Below, in pieces: positions 1-10,210 of a stretch of 19,143 nucleotides of DNA; position 1 is the first letter of the stretch, and the number at the start of each line of letters is the position of its first letter. The notes below the pieces were generated by a model. The model was not told where the DNA came from and ran no database searches. It worked only from the letters and a program-made list of their open reading frames with translations. The stretch lies in the NCBI RefSeq assembly GCF_006345805.1, contig NW_021824903.1, positions 1-19,143 of the forward strand. The letters run 5' to 3'. A program made the translations under genes and the position numbers. Source of the DNA: Octopus sinensis (Eukaryota).

Positions 1-40
1 ATATATATTATAATATGTGTGTGTGTAGACATATAAATAC

Positions 41-56
41 ATCCATCCATCCATAG

Positions 57-87
<31 letters not shown>

Positions 88-150
88 CATACATACATAC
101 ATACATACATACATACATGTATATATACCGCACATACATGCGTGCTTACA
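41..150. repeat. (CATC)n/(TACA)n microsatellite
   Basis: Near-perfect TACA array at ~58-118 with a short CATC run upstream. Confidence 0.95.
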
Positions 151-440
151 TATACACATAAAGTTGATATCACAGAAAATTCAAAGTTCACAGCTGTAAT
201 CCTTTAAAAAAATATCCATCTCGTTTTAACATATTAACTCCTTTGATCCAAGCACATCTTCCATCCTTAGCCAAGCAAAGTGTTCTCTTATTACAGAATA
301 TTGGGTACGACTGTCATATCTACTCATGAATATCTATATTTATTTATCTACCTGTGTTTTTATGCAGCCGTATATTTATTTGCCTAGTTGAATAGGTTTG
401 AGTGCTAAAAGCAATATCGGGTGTCATATTTGTTATTAAC

Positions 441-594
441 AAAGGCGGCGAGGTGGCAGAAACGTTAGCATGCCGGACGAAATGCTTAAATAAGTACTGG
501 TTACGCACTGGGTTTGATGTAATCGAATTAATCACTTTGTCTATCCTTGTTTGTCCTCTCTATGTTTATCACCCTGTGGACCATGAATAAATAA
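441..594 (+). mobile_element. tRNA-derived SINE family A, internally deleted copy with tail type 1
   Basis: Head AAGGCGGCGAGGTGGCAGAAACGTTAGCA joined directly to AAGTACTGGTTACGCACTGG and the tail; flanked by the 14-bp direct repeat ATATTTGTTATTAA (426-439, 595-608), a candidate TSD. Confidence 0.8.
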
Positions 595-609
595 ATATTT
601 GTTATTAAT

Positions 610-1122
610 AAAGGCGGTGAGCTATCCGAGACGTCAGTACGTTAGCACGCCGAGCCAAATGCTTAACGGTATTTCGTCTGCCGCTACGTTCTGAGTTCAA
701 ATTCTGCCGAGGTCCACTTTGCCTTTCATCCTTTCGGGGTCGATTATATAAGTACCAGTTACGCACTGGAGTCGATATAATCGACTTAATCCGTTTGTCT
801 ATCCTTGTTTGTTCTCTCTGTTATTAGCCCCTTGTGGGTAATAAAGAAATAGGTATTTCGTCTGCCGCTACGTTCTGAGTTCAAATTCTGCCGAGGTCCA
901 CTTTGCCTTTTATCCTTTCGGGGTCGATTAAATAAGGACCAGTTACGCACTGGGGTCGATATAATAAGCTTAATCCGTTTGTTCTGTCCTTTTTTCCCTC
1001 TCTGTGTTTAATCCCTTGTGGGTAGTAAAGAAATAGGTATTTCGTCCGTCTTTACGCTCTGAGTTCAAATTCCGCTGAGGTCGAGTTTGCCTTTTATCTT
1101 TTGGGGGTTGATAAATTAAGTG
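610..1122 (+). mobile_element. SINE family A tandem array (one head plus 184-bp units)
   Basis: GGTATTTCGTC restarts at 668, 852 and 1036; B-box-like GAGTTCAAAT in each unit; central GCCTTTCATCCTTTCGGGGTCGATAAA resembles the Meta/MESC SINE domain (from recall). Confidence 0.85.
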
Positions 1123-1124
1123 CG

Positions 1125-2300
1125 ACGAACATTCACACACTCTACTCCGAAAACGACCATGTTTATCGGAGAAACAAAATGGAAGGAGGTCACTTACCTG
1201 GATTTTGAGAAAGTCGACTGCTTCAGCTGCCTCGTCTGACGCTTTATCATTAATGAAGGGCCTTCCTAAAGTTCTTTTATCCGGCTTTGGCCTAAAACCC
1301 AATGTCTTTTTTAAGTCCTAGTTATATATTTGTAACAGTTTTTATTAGCTGTCTGTCTGACTGTCAGTGGTGTTCGGCAGAAGTTCGTCGAATCTTACTC
1401 CTTTTGTATGAATATTTGTGTTTTTCCTTACTTTTTGCATCAGCTCACTGCATTGGTTGTTGTAGGAGCATTTGACCTTCTTGTAGTGGTGGTGGAGGTA
1501 GCAGAGCCGCTGTTTCCCGAGCTCCATTTTGTTATTGTGGACAGAGGACTTCAAATGTGTGTTAGACCCACAAGTGTGACACCTTGGCTTTTTGCCTTCT
1601 ACAACGTCCTGGAGTTGAGCTCCGTTGGGCAGCTCGATAAGATCGGGGACCTTGTCCAGGGATTCCGGTTTTACCTGGATCAAAATCCCGGTTTTGATTC
1701 CGTTCCGAATCAGTTCCTCTTCCAATATTTTTTTAATTTCTAGAAGCGTATCCGGGCCTTCGACCACAGCGCACGCAACCAGCCACCAAATGTTTAATTC
1801 TGGTGGCACATCTGATGTTTTAACTTTCACCACCCGCTGTCCAAAGCATGTGGGAAGGAGAAGATCCCCCCTATTTGCACTGGACTATTGAGTATTTTTG
1901 GGCCAGTGCGTCTGTGAGGAACCTCACTTCCACAGACCCTTATTGTCTTCCTCGTGTGAGAAAATCAATATCAGTCCAAATGCCCTTCAAACAATTTTCT
2001 ACTTGGATGTATGGTGCGTTAAAAAAATTCCTTATCTTTAACGACACATCTGTATATGATGGTCCTTCAGGCCGTCTTCTCCATCACATCTGAAGGGATA
2101 GCATCCTTGGTTTTGCTATCCCCTCTATTGAGGAGTTTTTTTCTGTTTCTTTCAGGTACGTATGTTTTCTTTCCAGCGAGATTTGCTCCTGCAATTTTGT
2201 TACTCCTGCAAAGGAGTTGTTTCTATCGTTGCTGTTATTGTTGGTATTGACTATATCGTTTTTGCTTCTCATGTTGTTCCTGTTGTTAGTCGATTACATC
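1125..2300 (-). pseudogene. Decayed non-LTR retrotransposon ORF1 (gag-like, L1/Tx1-like) with CCHC zinc knuckle
   Basis: Stitched minus-strand frames give DIDFLTRGRQ*GSVEVRF...LLLPTCFGQRVVKVKTSDVPPEL...VVEGKKPRCHTCGSNTHLKSS; restoring 1 nt (TCC TCn TGT CCA) gives C-x2-C-x4-H-x4-C-P; several stops and frameshifts; no RT or endonuclease ORF follows. Confidence 0.75.
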
Positions 2301-2311
2301 AAACCTCATTT

Positions 2312-2445
2312 CTCAAATGGTACCTATTTTGTCAACTCCGAAAGAATGGAAGACAAAGTCCACCTCGGCAGATTTTGAATCCAGACGTAAAGACGAGCGA
2401 AATGCCGCTAAGGATTTTTGCGCGACATGCTAACGATCCTCCATG
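2312..2445 (-). mobile_element. SINE family A, 3'-truncated copy
   Basis: Reverse complement gives ATCGTTAGCATG...CTTAGCGGCATTTCG...CTGCCGAGGTGGACTTTG...AGGTACCA. Confidence 0.75.
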
Positions 2446-2489
2446 CTTGCAACATTAAAAACGTAAAAAAAATTCATTAAATAAATTTT

Positions 2490-2703
2490 GGTTTTAAATT
2501 TCGGCACAAGGTTAATAGGTTTGGAAGAGGGGGGTTAAGTGGATTAAATCGACCCAAGTATGCTACTGGTACGTATATCATCGACCCCGAAAGAATAAAA
2601 GGCAAAGTTGGCCCTGACAGAATTTGATCTCAGAACGTAAAGACGGCTGAAACCCCGCAAAGCGTCTCACTCGGTGTGTTAACGATTGTCAGCTCTCCGA
2701 CTT
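2490..2703 (-). mobile_element. SINE family A, diverged near-full-length copy with tail type 2
   Basis: ATCGACCCCGAAAGAATAAAAGGCAAAG and CAGAACGTAAAGACGG are reverse complements of the family A core; the GGCACAAGG tail matches the copy at ~9960. Confidence 0.8.
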
Positions 2704-2722
2704 CAGAATATAATAACTTACC

Positions 2723-2799
2723 TGGTGGTGGTGGTGGTGGGGATCAGGCCCTAGTCTTCCGAGTGACAGGCGAATGTACTTACCACTATACTACAGAGA
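2723..2799 (-). pseudogene. tRNA-Asp(GTC)-like pseudogene or fragment followed by (CCA)6
   Basis: Minus strand TAGTATAGTGGTAAGTACATTCGCCTGTCACTCGGAAGACTAGGGCCTGATCCCC aligns with eukaryotic tRNA-Asp (TAGTATAGTGGTgAGTATCCCCGCCTGTCACGCGGGAGACCGGGGTTCGATTCCCC); anticodon at 2765-2767; T-loop mutated and the 3' acceptor strand is absent. Confidence 0.7.
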
Positions 2800-2829
2800 A
2801 CTGGCTCGCCTTCTCAATAAATATTAAGA

Positions 2830-2905
2830 TCAATTTCTCGGACTAAAACCCTTCAAAATGGTGCCCCATCATCACTATAGTCCAATGATTGAAACAAGTA
2901 AAAGA
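2830..2905 (+). mobile_element. Isolated, diverged 3' tail of SINE family B
   Basis: GACTAAA...GGTGCCCCATCAT...AATGATTGAAACAAGTAAAAGA resembles the tails at ~3483-3540 and ~5752-5810. Confidence 0.6.
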
Positions 2906-2929
2906 AGATATTGTCAGAGTGGAATGCCA

Positions 2930-3120
2930 GTCTTCAGCTTTTGCATTGAAATAGTATTTGGCATACGAAATCTTAGGTTTCAAGTTCAAGTCTTGCCGGA
3001 TTGAAATTTATGTTTCAGTATTCCATAGTCGACTGAATAAGTTTCCGTTAAGTATTGAAACAGATGTAATGAACTATACACGCTCCCAAAGTTTGTCGCA
3101 TTGGTGATTATTAGAAGTAA
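2930..3120 (+). mobile_element. Highly decayed SINE family A copy
   Basis: Remnants AAGTTCAAGTCTTGCCG, GTCGACTGAATAAG, GATGTAATGAACT, CCCAAAGTTT occur in family A order. Confidence 0.4.
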
Positions 3121-3180
3121 ATCTGGTATTATTTGGGGAGGGAGGAGCTTTAAATGTATTTGTTTTCCGCAACTAGGAGT

Positions 3181-3548
3181 GGCGTATGAGTGGTTGTGTG
3201 ATAAGTAACTTGCTTACCAACCACATGGTTCCGGGTTAAGTCCTACTGCGTGACACCTTGGGTAAGTATCTTGTGAATGGATTTGGTAGACGGAAACTGA
3301 AAGAAGCCCGTCGTGTATATGTATATATATGTATGTGTTTGTGTGTCTCTGTGTTTCCTCCCAACATCGCTTGACAATCAATGCTGGTGTGTTTACGTCC
3401 CCGTCACCTAGCGGTTCGGCAAAAGAGACCGATAGAATAAGTACTAGGCTTACAAATGATAAGTCCTGGGGTCGATTTGCTCGACTAAAGGCGGTGCTCC
3501 AGCATGGCCACAGTCACATGACTGAAACAAGTAGAAGAGTGGAAGAGA
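3181..3548 (+). mobile_element. tRNA-derived SINE family B (CORE-like segment, internal TA/TG microsatellite)
   Basis: Colinear with 5388-5810; B-box-like GGGTTAAGTCC; CACCTTGGGTAAGT resembles the CORE motif; ~30-bp internal deletion relative to the second copy between two TCTT words. Confidence 0.85.
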
Positions 3549-4942
3549 GCTGAAACGGCTGCACTTTCTGTTTAACTTTGGTGCAACTTGTGTTCCTCTG
3601 AATTTAAGATTGTTACTCTTTTCCTCTTGGACACAATTTTCAAATATTATTCTTGGTTAAAAGTTAGGTACCCAGTCTCTCACTTGTATCTCACTATTTG
3701 TGGGACTTTACCAAAAAAGTTAACCTGAAGCTGACCTAGAGTAGAGCGTGTTCGTCATTGAGGAGGTCGTGATGGCGACGTGAGGACTTTGTCAAAAAAA
3801 TGACCGATTGAGTGATTAACCGAATGAATAATCGAGCGACCAATTATTTAATTGGTTAAATTGTTAATAATTGACAAAAAATGAAGAAGTGAAATATAAC
3901 CAGTGCCTGTGTTCATTTTTGTACAATGACCCTCTCGGAATAACACAAAATCTCTGGTGTTCCTGTTTCTCGTTTCCTCTTTAACAGCAATGATTCTTTC
4001 ACTTCAACATACCGCTGATAGTTGTAGCCCTGCTAAAATGCCTACATACGCACCTTACACTTCTCTTCACATATAAGCTAAATTATCCTATTTCTATCCA
4101 CAAACTGACACGTAGTTCCTATTGCAAAGATTTTGAGATATAGAAAGAAGCTAAATTAAACATTTATAATATAATAGAAGTATGTGTTCCCCACTCAACT
4201 TGTCCCTCTCTCTCTTGAGAGCGATCAATTTTCAAAGACTATACCGTGTTTGATGATTTTTTTTCCTTTCAAAGTAACACACCATCACATATTTGGTGCA
4301 ATTTTAAAACTAAGGTATGTGTACTGTTTTCGATTATTTATTTTTATGCTAAACCACAAGCAGCACACACATTACAAAGTACATTATCATTATTTGGAAG
4401 TAAAACATTTTATCGTTAATAAAAAGAGAAAATATACATTATCGTTATATTTATTATATGGGTTGTTAGAGATTACCTAATACCTTTATACATATTGTAG
4501 TCAATGGACTATTATTTTAATTCACATTTAACTCAATAAAATACAAAATCGATCTATTAATATGTAAAATTTCTCGGGTGTGGGAAGATCAATCGCAAAT
4601 TCTCAATATCCATTAAACATCCTTTTGTGTGAAACCTATGTTGCAAACGTGAAACAAAGAGGCTATCATGAGATTCCGTCTACAAGAGTGCCATTTGGTG
4701 CTAGGTAAACGATATGCTGGAAGATGTTGAAGCTTAAGTTGGTGTAAACTTCCGAAAAATTTCCAATATCCTCATTCATTTGGAAGAGTAAAAAATATGT
4801 TTCCAACAGCAGCATCCGGAAAAAAAGACAGGTAAAGATGGAAGCAGGAGACTTGTGGTAATAAATACCAACAACACAAAAAAATAAAAGACGCCCTATT
4901 CGTACAACTTCTATATAAATAAATAAAACTTCCACTATCGCT

Positions 4943-5223
4943 AATATATATATATATATATATATGTTATTCTACCAAATATATGCGTTTTATTCATTAT
5001 TTTGCACATTACTTAATATCATCGTTATATGTTTTATCTTATATTTAATCTTTCTATAATATGTAATTTTTCTAAATGGCATAATTTAATTTTTCATTAT
5101 TGAATTGATAAACGGTGTTTTTTTTTTCTAATTTATATATATATATATATATATTATTTTGTGAAATTTGATTTAGTATTTCTAAACTGAATTTTTCCCT
5201 GTAAGTTTGGAATAATATTCCTC

Positions 5224-5269
<46 letters not shown>

Positions 5270-5276
5270 TATATAT
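4943..5276. repeat. (TA)n runs in very AT-rich sequence
   Basis: TA arrays at ~4943-4965, ~5135-5155 and ~5228-5276. Confidence 0.85.
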
Positions 5277-5387
5277 TTAACAAGTTCATTGGCTAATCTC
5301 TACACCAATGCTTGTTCTGCCACTGTTCTACCGCTGATGGGGAGATGAATCGTTGATGAATCTAGAAGCTGAGCGTCCCTTACTGAC

Positions 5388-5810
5388 AAGGCGCAGGAGC
5401 AGCTGCGTGGTAAGTAGCTTTCTTACCAACAACAAGGTTCCGGGTTCAGTCCCACTGCATGGCACCTTGGCAAGTGTCTTCTACTATAGCGTCGGGCCGA
5501 CCAAAGTCTTGCGAGTGGATTTGGTAGACGGAAACTGAAAGAAGCTCGTCGTATATATATATATATATGTATATATGTATATATGTATATATATGTGTGT
5601 GTTTGTGTGTCTGTGTTTGCCCCCCCCCCCAACATCGCTTGACAACCGATGCTGGTGTGTTTACGTTCTCCGTAACTTAGCACTTCGGTAAGAGCGACAG
5701 ATAGAATAAGTACTAGGCTTACAGAGAATAAGTCCTCGGGTCGATCTGCTCGACCAAAGGCGGTGCTCCAGCATGGCCGCAGTCAAAATGACTGAAACAA
5801 GTAAAGAGTA
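5388..5810 (+). mobile_element. SINE family B, full-length copy
   Basis: Head GGCGCAGGAGCAGCTGCGTGGTAAG, B-box-like GGGTTCAGTCCC, body GGATTTGGTAGACGGAAACTGAAAGAAGC, tail GGCGGTGCTCCAGCATGGCCGCAGTCAAAATGACTGAAACAAGTAAAGAGTA. Confidence 0.88.
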
Positions 5811-6302
5811 AGGCCAAGCAAGGTCGAAATCACGTGACCTGCTGGTCCCGACGCTGGAGCTAGCGTAGAGATAGATCTCCGCTAGCTATATAAGCAAGAG
5901 AATATTTTGCACCAAAAGCCAATATGAGGGTTTCTGTCACGGTGCCTACCACATTCGAGTTTAAGTGGGGATACCTATTACCTCCCAGTATTAATACGGC
6001 CTCTGTGGCTAATATATATTAATAAAAGTAGTAGCGAAATTGGCAACCCCTAATATTGATGAAATCCCTGTTAAATGTAATGAAATGATGGCTAAGTCAA
6101 TTGATCGATCTGCGTTACTCTCAGTATTGTTCATAACCAGCTGAAGTTCGATAAATTCTGTCTTGGAACAAGAAGCACTAAGAAATTATTGAAGTTGCAT
6201 CAATTATTTTGCATGAAATACGGTGGAAATTGTCAGTAACTATTTATAATATGGACACCGCTAGGGTAAAAATCCATTGCCATTGTATTGATAAAGAAGA
6301 AA

Positions 6303-6305
<3 letters not shown>

Positions 6306-6340
<35 letters not shown>

Positions 6341-6400
6341 ATATATAATATATATATATTATATATATATATCTTTCTCTCTCTCTCTCACTATCTCTCA
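6306..6400. repeat. (CT)n(TA)n(CT)n compound microsatellite
   Basis: Direct inspection. Confidence 0.9.
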
Positions 6401-6412
6401 CGTACTAGCTAC

Positions 6413-6712
6413 CTAATAAATATAAATGCACCCTTTTAAAGCCTAGCCAAGCTTATGGGCCCGGTTTCCCCGATTTCAATGGTGCATGTGTTCCCCAGTG
6501 GAACGGGACGCCAATCCATCGCAGCCTTACTCAATTTTGCTAGCTGAGTGGACTGGAGCAACGTGAAATGAAGTGTTTTGCTCAAGAACACAACGCGTCA
6601 CCCAGTCCAGGAATCGAAACCACAATCTTACGATCATGATGCTGACACCCTAACCATCAAGCCACGCGCCTCCACTTGCTGACACCCTAACCACTAAGCC
6701 ACGTGCCTCCAC
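6413..6712 (-). mobile_element. tRNA-derived SINE family C with duplicated A-box head
   Basis: Minus strand A-box TGGCTTAGTGG and B-box-like GGTTTCGATTCC; core shared with 18541-18594; 36-bp head duplicated at 6640-6675 and 6677-6712; candidate TSD ACTAGCTAC (6404-6412) / ACTAGTTAC (6714-6722). Confidence 0.85.
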
Positions 6713-6799
6713 GACTAGTTACATGTATATACAGATAAATGCCAATACATGCATTTACTCTTAACTCTCTCTGCACCCATACGCTAAATTATTTCACAC

Positions 6800-7560
6800 A
6801 GTTCCTATTCATTGCACCATTCCCTGCCAAGATATCCTAGTAAAGCTCTTCTTGAGCGTTACGGAAAGGTACTCACTTGTGTCAGATAAGTATGAAGAAT
6901 TTGTCTTCAAACAAGTAGAATGGTTTGCATACTTCGGGGAGATGATTGTTTCTTTCAAATCAAAGTTTTTGGTTTACGATCAGGAGCAGCGAGATTTGGT
7001 AGAAAAGCCCAACCTGAAAATACTGTCTTTCGTGACTTTACATTCATCGCATGTGCTGCTTATTTATCAGATACCATTCCAGACAGGAATATGTTTAATG
7101 AATCTCTGCAAATAAAAGAATTCTACCATCATCGTTGTCTGAGTCAAAATAAATGGCTAATCCCAGCCAATGGAACCATGGTACACACGAGTGTGACCAA
7201 TTTCTTCAAAGAAGCGGGCTTCAGTGCCCTACGTCCAAAATTAATGAACATCTGATCACAGTCAGGTCAATGACAGAAATGTTTTCCTAAAAGTAAGGCT
7301 CTATATAGGAATATATCAGGGATAAAACAGTCTCTCCCTTGGCACTGAAGGTGTCATTTCTGACACCAACCTTGCAAATAGCAAATAATTGATGTATAAA
7401 AATGATTTTGTTACCCACAATGCATTTAGACACTGTCAGTAGTATTGTCTCTTTCTAATTTCAGTAAGGATCAACGAGACACTCAACCCTAATAATTTGG
7501 GGTTATCAATGTAATTCTTCCATTTCCTACGACTTATAACTATGAGCTCGGGTCCCAACA
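6800..7560 (+). pseudogene. Decayed hAT transposase, Buster/Charlie (ZBED5/SCAND3-like) group, C-terminal half
   Basis: Motif remnants in the expected order across frames: IHCTIPCQDILVK (cf. HCIIHRQALAAK), FIACAAYLSDT..RN.FNESLQ (cf. LAYLADIF..LN.LN.SLQ), KING*SQPMEPWYTRV (cf. KI.AF..KL.LW..RV), INEHL, QIIDV, FLISVR, and VINVILPFPTTYNYELG at ~7502-7552 (cf. LLPF.TTYLCE.GFS). Confidence 0.78.
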
Positions 7561-7629
7561 ATGTAATACACAAAGTTTCATGTGACACACAAGTTTCATG
7601 TGACACACAATGTAACACACAAAGTTTCA
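7559..7629. repeat. Short nested tandem duplication
   Basis: AAGTTTCATGTGACACAC twice in tandem, bracketed by CAATGTAAYACACAAAGTTTCA at 7559 and 7608. Confidence 0.8.
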
Positions 7630-7777
7630 CAAAGATTTGTTTCATGTTCGTATGTGTCGGGGTAGGTTCCATCAGAATCAAGCATTCGACACCTCTCGTT
7701 GATGAATCAGCATTACCGTTCTTACTAAGTGTACAAAAGCATTGGACAGACAACGTTATTGGATTATTGAACGTACG

Positions 7778-7855
7778 ATACATACATACATATATACATA
7801 CATACATGCATACATACATACATACATACATATATACATACATACGTACATACAC

Positions 7856-7887
<32 letters not shown>

Positions 7888-8020
7888 TCATACATACATA
7901 CATACATACATACATACACACATACATACATACATACATACATACATACATACATACATACGTACATACATACATACATACATACATACATACATACATA
8001 CATACATGCATACATACATA
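7778..8020. repeat. (TACA)n microsatellite, ~240 bp
   Basis: Direct inspection; source of the HTYI and YVCM ORFs. Confidence 0.97.
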
Positions 8021-8022
8021 TG

Positions 8023-8391
8023 CAAGGCGATTCAAAAGTCTCCATACATAGGAAAAATTGATTCTTTTATACGAAACAGTCTGTAAGACTCCCAAGATCC
8101 CCTGATCTGACCACTTTTGATTTCTATCTTTGGGAACATCTGAAAGGCATGGTGTATCGCAGAAAGATAAAAGACATCAATCATTTGAAGGAATGCATCA
8201 CCAACTCATTAGCACACGTATCACCAGATGTGCTATTATGAGTTCACAATGAGTTGGGTAAACGTATTGCAATGTGTATTCAAAACAATGGTAACCATAT
8301 AGAGCTTGTTAAATAAAATAAATAACTTTATAAACTGTTCCTTATAATGAAATAAATTGCTCCTATGTATGGCGACTTTTGAATCACCCTG
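8023..8391 (+). mobile_element. Internally deleted Tc1/mariner DNA transposon (MITE-like), ~65-bp TIRs
   Basis: Left CAAGGCGATTCAAAAGTCTCCATACATAGGAAAAATTG...AACAGTCTGTAA matches the right-end reverse complement CAGGGTGATTCAAAAGTCGCCATACATAGGAGCAATTT...AACAGTTTATAA; TA on the right flank, TG on the left. Confidence 0.92.
8092..8316 (+). pseudogene. C-terminal fragment of a mariner-like DDxD transposase (rosa/DD41D- or maT-like)
   Basis: PRSPDLTTFDFYLWEHLKGMVY...LKECIT...*...RIAMCIQNNGNHIELVK* matches SPDLTP.DFFLWG.LK..VY and CI..NG.H.E; one in-frame stop. Confidence 0.9.
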
Positions 8392-8408
8392 TATATATAC
8401 ATACATAC

Positions 8409-8439
<31 letters not shown>

Positions 8440-8742
8440 CGCAACACGAATTCATAAACACACACACAGACCAATATATATATACACGATTGTATTTCAT
8501 TTGATACAGTATTTAATATTTGACAAAGTGGGACATGGAAGGTTTCTAATAGAAGTAAAACAAGGAAAAGTTTTGTAACAATAGAAATATATTGACCATC
8601 ATATTGATTACCTGCAAAATACGCAGTAAGCAATTTCTCCCTGCAACATATAACATTTTCCGGTTTTCCCGCTGGCACGCTGTAATATACGATTCACTTG
8701 TATATTATATGTATAATATACATATATAATATATATATATAT

Positions 8743-8781
<39 letters not shown>

Positions 8782-9290
8782 TATATATATATATATATAT
8801 ATCAATATATATATATACACACATAGATAATATATTATATATATATACTGAGTACACATACACAATACACACACGAATGCACACGGATGCAAGCACACAC
8901 ACACACACATATGCATATACAATATTTTCATTAACTAGGTAAGTATATCTGTCAGATGAAATTGAATCTCACAACAGGTGTCTGGAATATTGGGAGACAG
9001 CCGAAAATCTAATCAAAATATTGTCGAACATACACATACACACACACACACACCCACATATATATATGTATATATACACACACAACTAGGAAGCTAGATA
9101 GATACACGCTCATACACAGATACGTATATATTATATATATATATATATATATAATATAATATATATAATATAAATATATATACATATATATATATATATA
9201 CATATATATATTACATATATATATATATATATATATACATATATACACCACATACACAACTACATACACACACACACAACACACACATCT
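8392..9290. repeat. Clusters of (TA)n/(CA)n microsatellites
   Basis: Arrays at ~8392-8490, ~8700-8915 and ~9028-9290 separated by short unique spacers. Confidence 0.9.
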
Positions 9291-9767
9291 GAGCATATTA
9301 TATTGGTGCTGTGTGAATCGAACCGTTAATCAAATGATCTTGTTCTGGCTGATTTCCTTATTACTGTTATTGGAGCGGTGCTGGAGGTTGTTTTAGTTGT
9401 TTCATTTTGTTCTATGTAGGTAGCAATAGCAATAGGAATGTGTAGTATAAATAAAATAGCTTTTTTCTTTTTATTATCCTCTCTAATATTGGGGGTCACA
9501 GAGATCATTAAGGCTACGTGCTAAGGTACTTGAGGGTATAGATTAATGTATAAAGGGGAAATAATTTCAATCAACATTTAAAAAAAATATTATTTAACAA
9601 AACAAGGGTGATAGGCGTTAACCATGGTTCTTCATTGAGTTACTGGGATTAGTGGCAAGGACGGAAAAATTGCCTCCCCAAACCGGAGACTTGCAGCAAA
9701 TACTTGCACTAGTGTTCACTCAGATAGAGTTTCACATTGTGTGAGGAGGTGCCAGGTTGTAATTCCA

Positions 9768-9945
9768 TTAACCCCTTCGTCCCTATACTTCTGTTGAAAC
9801 ACAGCCTTCGTTTCAATAAATTTGAAAATTATGAAGAATTTAGTAGAGTCACTTTGTCATTAGGCTGGTGTTTGGAAATATAAATAAACATGAAATTCTT
9901 AGGGAAAGTTTTAATTCAAATCACTTTAAAAAAGGAAGTTCATAT
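9768..9945 (+). mobile_element. Possible left part of a piggyBac-type MITE
   Basis: Starts TTAA-CCCCTT, the piggyBac-style target and terminus; AT-rich body cut by a SINE at ~9946; no right terminus seen. Confidence 0.35.
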
Positions 9946-10104
9946 TCTTTTCTAATCTAGGCACAAGGCCCGGAATTTTGGGGGAGGGGACCAGTCGTTT
10001 AGATCGACACCAGTAAACAACTGGTACTTAATTTATCGACCCCGAAAGGATGAAAGGCAAAGTCGACCTTGGCGGGATCCGAACGTAAAGACAAACAAAA
10101 CGCC
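9946..10104 (-). mobile_element. SINE family A with tail type 2, head cut by the foldback element
   Basis: CTGGTACTTAATTTATCGACCCCGAAAGGATGAAAGGCAAAGTCGACCT is the reverse complement of the family A core. Confidence 0.88.
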
Positions 10105-10162
10105 GGGAAATTTCGAATCTGGGTTCTCATTCCTAAGGTATTTTTCGATGTTATTATTATTA

Positions 10163-10210
<48 letters not shown>

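Noticed and set aside
1408-2458. Plus-strand ORFs overlapping the ORF1 remnant
   Set aside because: Antisense shadows of the decayed minus-strand ORF1
3550-4940. Unique-looking stretch with ORFs 4184..4480 and 4666..4935 and a donor-like AAG|GTATGT near 4315
   Set aside because: No recognisable motifs, non-ATG starts, AT-rich composition; an exon cannot be supported without RNA data
7436-9296. ORFs rich in YVCM/HTYI/YI
   Set aside because: Products of TACA and TA microsatellites; the shared QKSPYIG..IRNSL ends are simply the two TIRs
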